Source of the DNA: Kiritimatiellia bacterium
Lineage (GTDB): Bacteria > Verrucomicrobiota > Kiritimatiellia > RFP12 > DVOR01
Assembly (NCBI GenBank): GCA_036651955.1
Contig: JAVVWU010000006.1
Location: 1-54,063 of the forward strand
Direction of reading: 5' to 3'
Length of the DNA: 54,063 nucleotides
In this document: piece by piece, positions 47,890 through 54,063 of the stretch
How the letters are laid out: every line of letters starts with the position of its first letter
How positions within the stretch are numbered: the stretch's first letter is position 1
The notes under the pieces: generated by a model
Databases searched by the model: none
Told to the model about the DNA's origin: nothing
Seen by the model: the letters and a program-made list of their open reading frames with translations, nothing else
Program-made: the position numbers and the translations under genes

Positions 47890-48912
47890 TTACTGACGCA
47901 CGGCAACAGCCAAATCATGCCAAGGCGCGATCGCCTTGAGATATTCGCCGAACGTTGCGGAAGGAATCTGCTGCGCGGCATCAGAGAAGGCGTGCTTCGG
48001 ATCGGGATGCGTTTCCACGAGCAATCCGTCACATCCGGCGCCGAGTGCGGCACGCGACAGCGGAACGACGAGTTCCAACTTGCCACCGCCATGGCTCGGG
48101 TCCGCGACGATGGGCAAATGGGTGAGACGCTTCGTTGCGGCGAGTGCGCCCAAATCGAGGCAGTTGCGCGTAATCGTCTCATAGGTGCGGATACCGCGTT
48201 CGCACAAAATGACATCGTTGCATCCGTTCGCCATCAGATATTCGGCACTCTGGAGCCATTCCTCGACCGTTCCGGCGATGCCGCGTTTGAGGATGATTGG
48301 CTTTCCTGCTTTGCCGAGGTATTCGAGTAAATCGTAGTTCTGCGAATTACGTGCGCCGACTTGAAAGACGTCGGTGACATCCATCAGTCCTTCAATTTGA
48401 TTGGGTCCCGGAACTTCGGTGATGAAAGCGACCATGGGGAAGTCTTTCTTCACTTCGCGCATCACACGGATACCTTCTTCCTTGAGTCCTTGGAAGTCGT
48501 ACGTTGACGTCCGCGGCTTGTAGACCATGGCGCGAATGACGTGAATGTTGAGCGCGACAAGATCGGCGACAACGGCGTGGAATTGGTCGTAACTTTCGAC
48601 GGCGCACGGTCCTGCCATAATCGGAATGTTGCCACCGCCGATTTTGGTTCCTTTGATATCAATGATCGTGTCTTCTTTTTTGAAGTCGCGAGAGACGAGT
48701 TTGTACTTTTTACTCACGTGAATGATTTCCTGTACGGTTTCGAGTGTTTCGAGTTGAGCCACAGTTTGTGGATTGACTTCGCTGCCGATACAGGCGATGA
48801 CGGTCTGCTCGGCACCAGTGGTGACGCGCGGTTGATATCGAAGCGAGGAAATCCAATCGCAAATGGTTTGAACGTCTGCTTGTGTTGCTGTCGGTTTCAT
48901 TACGATAATCAT
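47890..48912 (-). CDS. aroF: DAHP synthase type I-beta with N-terminal regulatory domain
   Basis: MIIVMK N-domain, AGPCAVES, KPRTS, QVGARNSQN, ILKRG, CERGIRT, DPSHG. Confidence 0.95.
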   Translation of the reverse strand: MIIVMKPTATQADVQTICDWISSLRYQPRVTTGAEQTVIACIGSEVNPQTVAQLETLETVQEIIHVSKKYKLVSRDFKKEDTIIDIKGTKIGGGNIPIMAGPCAVESYDQFHAVVADLVALNIHVIRAMVYKPRTSTYDFQGLKEEGIRVMREVKKDFPMVAFITEVPGPNQIEGLMDVTDVFQVGARNSQNYDLLEYLGKAGKPIILKRGIAGTVEEWLQSAEYLMANGCNDVILCERGIRTYETITRNCLDLGALAATKRLTHLPIVADPSHGGGKLELVVPLSRAALGAGCDGLLVETHPDPKHAFSDAAQQIPSATFGEYLKAIAPWHDLAVAVRQ

Positions 48913-48936
48913 CGTCGTGTTCTTTCTGTGTTAACG

Positions 48937-48968
48937 AAAAGCCGCACCCCTGTGATTGGGAGCGCGGC
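48937..48968 (-). terminator. Attenuator terminator upstream of aroF
   Basis: Minus strand GCCGCGCTCC-CAATCACA-GGGGTGCGGC-TTTT, ending 24 nt before the aroF ATG. Confidence 0.75.
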
Positions 48969-49001
48969 CGTTCAAACTGTCATCCTTGTTCGCTTTAGCA
49001 A

Positions 49002-49070
49002 TCAGCGGATGACCGGAGCGGCGCGCCGGGTTCCAAAATAAAGGCTAAAGTAAAAGGCTTTTGTGTTCAC
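49002..49070 (-). CDS. Phe/Tyr-rich attenuator leader peptide (22 aa)
   Basis: GTG AAC ACA AAA GCC TTT TAC TTT AGC CTT TAT TTT ... TGA = MNTKAFYFSLYFGTRRAAPVIR*. Confidence 0.78.
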   Translation of the reverse strand: MNTKAFYFSLYFGTRRAAPVIR

Positions 49071-49076
49071 GCGGCT

Positions 49077-49106
49077 ACAATAACAAAGCGTCTCTTGCGC
49101 TGTCAA
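49077..49106 (-). promoter_or_regulatory. Sigma70-type promoter of the aroF-pheA leader
   Basis: TTGACA-18 nt-(TGT)TATTGT, 6 nt upstream of the leader GTG. Confidence 0.7.
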
Positions 49107-49121
49107 CGCTTTTTTCATCGG

Positions 49122-49511
49122 TTAATCGCAATCGAAGGGAATAAATTCCCACACCGGTGCTTTATCGCCGACCGCGTACGCGGCGCGTAAACGTCCGTCA
49201 GCGGTAAAGAGCAAGCGCATACCACGAATCGCTGTTTGCGTACGTCCCAAACGAAAGTTCAGTCCGGAATAGCCTAAGAGAAGTTCACCGCCTGCCGTTT
49301 CAGTTCCCGACCATACGGCGTCAAAACCTCCTTGCGGCAAGGGGCGTACAGCGGTAGGATTGCCGAGACGGGCGACCGTATCAAAGTAGGTCGTGCCTTT
49401 GGCAGGGATTGTCGCATCGACGGCGAAGCCTGACTTGCGCGTCAAACAGCCGCTGCCGAGAAGGCAGGCGAGGAGAAAAAGAAGCGCGTACAGCGGGCAA
49501 CGGCGACTCAT
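49122..49511 (-). CDS. Lipoprotein, BamE/SmpA-like
   Basis: Lipobox LGSG|C; KGTTYFDTVARLGNP. Confidence 0.65.
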   Translation of the reverse strand: MSRRCPLYALLFLLACLLGSGCLTRKSGFAVDATIPAKGTTYFDTVARLGNPTAVRPLPQGGFDAVWSGTETAGGELLLGYSGLNFRLGRTQTAIRGMRLLFTADGRLRAAYAVGDKAPVWEFIPFDCD

Positions 49512-49930
49512 GGCGTTACCTCGCGGAATTCCAAAATCTCCGGCGCACCCAAAGCGCGACGGCGCACGCGTGAGATTTGCGTCACGATACCGTCTTTGAA
49601 ACGAATCGAAATATCATGCGCAATCACCGTATTCGTCTGTTCAAAAATCGGCGTGAGAATATAGCCGAGCTGCAATTTCCAAATGCGCGTATCTTGTGAA
49701 CAGTACCGTAACGATTCGGCGGAGAGATAGGCAGGCGAATCGTCCGCTCTTCCGACCGGTGGCGGCAGACCGAGCTTTTGTAGGACTTCGCGATCGGTCG
49801 TGACGCCCGGCACAATCCATGAAGTCTCAAGCTTTTCGATGCGCTCATTCGACTTCACGCGACTAATGGAGCAGCCGCTACCGAGAAGGCAGAGACATAA
49901 ACAGGTGAAAATTATCCAAAGCTTAGACAC
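49508..49930 (-). CDS. Lipoprotein, BamE/SmpA-like
   Basis: Lipobox LGSG|C; IVPGVTTDREVLQKLGLP. Confidence 0.7.
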   Translation of the reverse strand: MSKLWIIFTCLCLCLLGSGCSISRVKSNERIEKLETSWIVPGVTTDREVLQKLGLPPPVGRADDSPAYLSAESLRYCSQDTRIWKLQLGYILTPIFEQTNTVIAHDISIRFKDGIVTQISRVRRRALGAPEILEFREVTP

Positions 49931-49933
49931 AGA

Positions 49934-50320
49934 TTAGTCCCCAAACGGCCACGTTTCCCATTCGACTTCTTGTTGCGGTGCCGAATGAACGGCTTGCACG
50001 ATACCGTTGGCATCTGCCAACGCATAAACGGCAGAGAAATACGAATTGGTTTTGGTAAAGGTGACAAGAATCAGCGAGAAGCCTTCCGTCTTGGCGTCAC
50101 CATAGGCAAACGAATAAACGACACGTCCATCTTTGAGCGGAATAATGGCGGTCGGCATCGTTCCGAAAAGTTTGGGAAGCGTGTCGGCGCGCGTTTGACC
50201 GAGGACAATATTAGCGGTTCGTGTCCGCACCGCTACGTCATTGATTTTCCCGCGCGTCCAAATACAGCCGGGCGCAACGATTAAAAGTGCGAGAAGTAAA
50301 ACTGGAAGAAAGAAACGCAT
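49934..50320 (-). CDS. Lipoprotein, BamE/SmpA-like
   Basis: Lipobox VAPG|C; IVLGQTRADTLPKLFGTMP. Confidence 0.7.
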   Translation of the reverse strand: MRFFLPVLLLALLIVAPGCIWTRGKINDVAVRTRTANIVLGQTRADTLPKLFGTMPTAIIPLKDGRVVYSFAYGDAKTEGFSLILVTFTKTNSYFSAVYALADANGIVQAVHSAPQQEVEWETWPFGD

Positions 50321-50331
50321 CGCCCACCTCG

Positions 50332-51594
50332 TTAAATAAGTTTCAAAATACGAACATCGCGCGTTTCCAAATGCTTGACGTGCGCTTCGCCGGCGACAAC
50401 GTCGTCCGGTCCGAGATAGATCGCCTCAAGGGCGGAAGAAGCGCCTGCTTTGGAAAAGAACTGTTTCGGCTTCTGCGCGACGATCGACAGATCGACGGCG
50501 TGCCCTTCGGCACGCAGCTGTGCGGCAAGAGCAATCGCCGCGTCACGCTGTTCAATCGCCATATAGCCGAGAATGAACCCTTTGCGCGTGACAGGACAGC
50601 TTTCGCCTAAAAGGTCGTGGAGCAGCTCGGCGACGACGACATCGCCGAAGCCCATCCCCACTGCCGCCGTCGGCGCACCGCCGACGCGTTCCAATAGCGA
50701 ATCGTAACGTCCGCCGCCGAAGAGCGCACGGAATTTACGCTGCACGTCAAATGCTTCAAACACAATGCCGGTGTAATAAGAAAGACCGCGAATAATCGCA
50801 ATGTCAAACTGTAATAAAGCGTGGTATCCCATCGATGCCGCGATGGTGAAGAGGGCGCGCAAGTTTGCGAGCGCCGCGCTGTCGGGCGCGACGAGCGCCG
50901 CCACTTCTTCTAACGTCGTGACCGAGAGCAGTTCAAACGTCTTGGCGACTGCCGTCTCGTTCAATCCTTCGGCGCGGAGCAAAGCGCCAATTTCTTCATC
51001 GGAAATCTTGCCGCGTTTATCGAGCGCGATAAAGACTGCGCTATGCTGTGCTGCCGGAATCCCGCTGCCGGCGAGAAGTTCGCCGAGAAGTGCGCGACTG
51101 CTGACGTGAATCCGCCATGCCGGATCGGGCATTCCCATCGTGCGCATCGCCTCGACGGCGGCGCCGAGGAGCTCCGCTTCGCACAAGACCTCTTCCGACC
51201 CGATGATGTCCATATTGAGCTGATAATGTTCACGCTTGCGCCCGCGCGTCATCCGTTCGTAACGGAAACACTGAGCCACGGTGAACCACTTGATCGGGAA
51301 TGGCATCCGGCTTTGACGCGCCGCCACCATTCGTGCAAGCGTCGGCGTCATTTCCGGACGGAGTGCAAGCTTGCGTCCTGATTTATCTTCAAAGGCATAA
51401 ATTTGTTCAGAGACTTCTTCACCGCTTTTGCGTTGAAGCAGCTCGAGCGATTCGACGACACAGGCATCGTACGGTTGGAATCCAAACCGTTCGGCGGCGG
51501 CACGCCACGCATCAAAAATGCGGTTGCGCCAAACCATATCTTCCGGATAGAAGTCGCGCATTCCACGCGGTGCTTCAAAAGTATTTTCGCTCAT
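50332..51594 (-). CDS. hisS: Histidine--tRNA ligase
   Basis: PRGMRDFYP, LRPEMTPTLAR, FRYER, REHYQ, RGLSYYTG, GGGRYD. Confidence 0.97.
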   Translation of the reverse strand: MSENTFEAPRGMRDFYPEDMVWRNRIFDAWRAAAERFGFQPYDACVVESLELLQRKSGEEVSEQIYAFEDKSGRKLALRPEMTPTLARMVAARQSRMPFPIKWFTVAQCFRYERMTRGRKREHYQLNMDIIGSEEVLCEAELLGAAVEAMRTMGMPDPAWRIHVSSRALLGELLAGSGIPAAQHSAVFIALDKRGKISDEEIGALLRAEGLNETAVAKTFELLSVTTLEEVAALVAPDSAALANLRALFTIAASMGYHALLQFDIAIIRGLSYYTGIVFEAFDVQRKFRALFGGGRYDSLLERVGGAPTAAVGMGFGDVVVAELLHDLLGESCPVTRKGFILGYMAIEQRDAAIALAAQLRAEGHAVDLSIVAQKPKQFFSKAGASSALEAIYLGPDDVVAGEAHVKHLETRDVRILKLI

Positions 51595-51702
51595 CGCTGC
51601 TCCTCGCTATGCTTTATGTGCCGGCGCTTGAAGCGTCGCCGCGTCGCCCACCGAAGCGCTCCTCCTTGCTGAGGATTGAACTTCGGCGGCTTCGGGGAGA
51701 GA

Positions 51703-52032
51703 CTACTTCTTGTCGGAAATCTTGGCATCGACCAAGTCGGCACGAAGCAGACGCGATGCTTTGAACTTCATCGACTTGCGCGCCGGAATCCAAACTTCCT
51801 GTTCCGGCTTCTTCGGGTTGCGGCCTTTGCGACCTTTGCGCTCTACGACTTCAAAAACGCCGAATCCGCGAAGTTCTACATGGCCATTCTCAACCAAATT
51901 TGCCAACAGCGCCTCAAAGGTGGTGTCAATAATCTGATAAGCCAAAGACTGCGGAATCTTGTGCGTCTTGGAAATCACCATTGAAATGTCACGCCGTGTG
52001 CTCGTGGACGGGATTTTCTTGTCGAGGTTCAT
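51703..52032 (-). CDS. HU/IHF family DNA-binding protein
   Basis: VELRGFGVF, GRNPK, V.IPAR...KFK. Confidence 0.93.
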   Translation of the reverse strand: MNLDKKIPSTSTRRDISMVISKTHKIPQSLAYQIIDTTFEALLANLVENGHVELRGFGVFEVVERKGRKGRNPKKPEQEVWIPARKSMKFKASRLLRADLVDAKISDKK

Positions 52033-52051
52033 GGACTATTCCTTTTCTGTG

Positions 52052-53749
52052 TTATTTCAATAAATTGACAATCGCCGCCGCCGCCGTTTCCGGAGACCGT
52101 ATGACGGCGTCGGCATCGGTGCGCCGCCGCACTTCAAAGCCGCCTTTTTCAAATGATTTGGCGCCTGCGACCACGCGCACCGGCAATCCGATTAAATCGG
52201 CATCTTTGAACTTGATACCGGGGCGTTCGGCACGGTCATCGACAAAGACATCGACGCCCAACGCTTCCAATTCGCTTCCCAAAGCTTCCGCACGGGCGAC
52301 AACGTCGCGATTGTCCGGATCGAGAATCAGTAAATTCACTTGGTACGGTGCGATGGCTGCCGGCCATACAATGCCATTGGCATCGTTGCTCTGCTCGACA
52401 ATCGCCTGCAAGGTACGCGTCACGCCGATACCGTAGCAACCCATGACCATGGTTTGCGCCGCGCCGGCTTCATCGAGATACGTCGCATTAAATGCCTGCG
52501 TGTACTTCATCCCGAGTTTGAACACGTGCCCCACTTCAATCCCGCGACGAACTGCCAACGGCTTTCCGCAGCGCGGACAGTGATCGCCTTCGCTGACCAC
52601 CACGAGATCTTCATAGGCAAGCACGTGAGCATCGCGTGCCAGTGAGACGTGAAGCAGATGTTTGCCTGCTTGATTCGCCCCTGTCACGACGTCTGCCGCC
52701 CCTTCCAACGAACGATCGGCGTAGACTGGAATCGTGACGCCGACCGGTCCGATGCTGCCGACCGGTCCGACCGCTGCGGCAACCGCTTCTGCCGACGCTT
52801 CGCTGATTTTCGCACCACCGAGAATGCGCTTGAGTTTCAGCTCATTCAGTTCACGATCGCCCGGCACCAAGACCATCACCGGCTGCCCATTGGCAAGCAC
52901 GACCAGCGACTTCACAATTTGATTGACCGCGACGTTCAAAAAGGCTGCCACCGCGACGCACGTTTCCTGTCCCGGCGTATCGACGACTTCCGCCGCCGCG
53001 ACTTCCTGCTGATACGGTACCGGCATCGACTGCCGCTCCGCACGCTCCTGATTCGCCGCATATCCGCACGCCGCGCAATCTAAAATGCTGTCTTCGCCGC
53101 TCGGCGCCAACACCATAAATTCGTGTGACGAACTGCCGCCGATATCGCCGGTATCCGCTTCGACCGGCTTCGCCGCCAAGCCGCAACGCTTGAAAATACG
53201 GACATACGCATCAAACATCGCCTGATAACTTTTGTCGGCGGCGTCCATCGTCGTATCGAAGCTGTAAGCGTCTTTCATGATAAATTCTTTTCCGCGCATC
53301 AAACCGAAACGCGGACGAATTTCATCACGGAACTTTGTTTGAATCTGATAGACCGTCTTAGGCAACTGACGATAAGAGGAGACTTCCCCTTTAAGAAGAG
53401 CGGTTACAACTTCTTCTGCCGTCGGTGCAAGCGCATATTTCGCCTCTTTTCGATCGGTCACCTTAAACATTCCGGCGCCCATCGACTCCCACCGACCGGT
53501 GGTGCGCCACAGTTCTGCCGGTTGAAGTGCCGGCATTAGAATTTCCTGCGCGCCGGCGCGATCCATTTCCTCGCGGATAATCTGCTCCACCTTCCGTAAA
53601 GCACGCATTCCCAACGGCATAAAGGTATACAATCCGCCGCCGACTTTCCGCAACATTCCGGCACGAATGAGAAGTTTGTGACTGATAATTTCTGCATCTT
53701 GTGGCGCTTCGCGTAACGTCGCGAGCAATGCCTGTGTCCAACGCATCAT
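52052..53749 (-). CDS. proS: Proline--tRNA ligase (bacterial type with INS editing domain)
   Basis: SHKLLIRAG, FRDEIRPRFGLMRGKEFIMKDAYSF, GIEVGHVFKLG, MGCYGIG. Confidence 0.98.
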   Translation of the reverse strand: MMRWTQALLATLREAPQDAEIISHKLLIRAGMLRKVGGGLYTFMPLGMRALRKVEQIIREEMDRAGAQEILMPALQPAELWRTTGRWESMGAGMFKVTDRKEAKYALAPTAEEVVTALLKGEVSSYRQLPKTVYQIQTKFRDEIRPRFGLMRGKEFIMKDAYSFDTTMDAADKSYQAMFDAYVRIFKRCGLAAKPVEADTGDIGGSSSHEFMVLAPSGEDSILDCAACGYAANQERAERQSMPVPYQQEVAAAEVVDTPGQETCVAVAAFLNVAVNQIVKSLVVLANGQPVMVLVPGDRELNELKLKRILGGAKISEASAEAVAAAVGPVGSIGPVGVTIPVYADRSLEGAADVVTGANQAGKHLLHVSLARDAHVLAYEDLVVVSEGDHCPRCGKPLAVRRGIEVGHVFKLGMKYTQAFNATYLDEAGAAQTMVMGCYGIGVTRTLQAIVEQSNDANGIVWPAAIAPYQVNLLILDPDNRDVVARAEALGSELEALGVDVFVDDRAERPGIKFKDADLIGLPVRVVAGAKSFEKGGFEVRRRTDADAVIRSPETAAAAIVNLLK

Positions 53750-54063
53750 AATAATCCCTTTACAGCATTTTGATAAACGCGGATAAGTGTCTCAAATGAC
53801 TAACGAAAACGCAACTATTTTCTGCCTCCGAACGTCGCGGCGCGGCGCACTTGCCTCTTGTAGAGAGCAGCGCAGAAAGGAGGAGAGGAAGAGGGGAAAG
53901 GCGAAGGCGGAACGCGTGCCGGAGCTGGCAAGGGTCGCTACACCGCCCTGTAAATAGGGGGATATGCCGCTCGAAATGAGAGGGCGGGAAGTGGCACGCT
54001 TGCAAAGAGTTGACGGGGGGGGTACTTTTAGTAGATTAACGATGGTGCGGGTCGTTCTCACAC

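Noticed and set aside
53750-54000. T-box leader upstream of proS
   Set aside because: No AAGGTGGTACC-type T-box sequence or terminator is seen on the minus strand.

Overview
A 54-kb chromosomal window, mostly housekeeping genes, from a Gram-negative PVC-superphylum bacterium. It is most likely Verrucomicrobiota/Kiritimatiellae, inferred from the PEP-CTERM protein, the PVC-type EF-Tu switch-I insertion and the Amuc_1098-1102-like pilus cluster. In order it holds: a PEP-CTERM gene; four Flp/Tad prepilin-like genes, one too short for the ORF track; an uncharacterised two-gene HTH module; purF-lpxK-murJ; gltX-rdgB-hyp-rsmI-DUF481-pdxJ-tgt; a five-gene PilM/secretin cluster resembling Akkermansia Amuc_1102-1098; an AsmA-like gene; tRNA-Thr-tuf-rpmG-tRNA-Trp-secE-nusG-rplKAJL without rpoBC; pnp; folP-cdaA-cdaR-gldG-like-DUF4340-PAS kinase; an Fe-ADH; HAD/TPR/exonuclease genes; DUF1097; a DinJ-YafQ toxin-antitoxin pair; aroF-pheA; three BamE-like lipoproteins; and hisS-ihf-proS. 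The strongest hidden signal is an apparently leaderless Phe/Tyr-rich leader peptide with terminator and antiterminator in front of aroF-pheA. That pheA carries a C-terminal yeast/plant-type (AroQ-beta) chorismate mutase. Other unexplained signals are a 4x22-bp phased palindrome array beside the TA pair and a 121-bp intergenic tandem duplication. No CRISPR array, rRNA, transposase or integrase was seen. All family assignments come from motif reading, not database searches.
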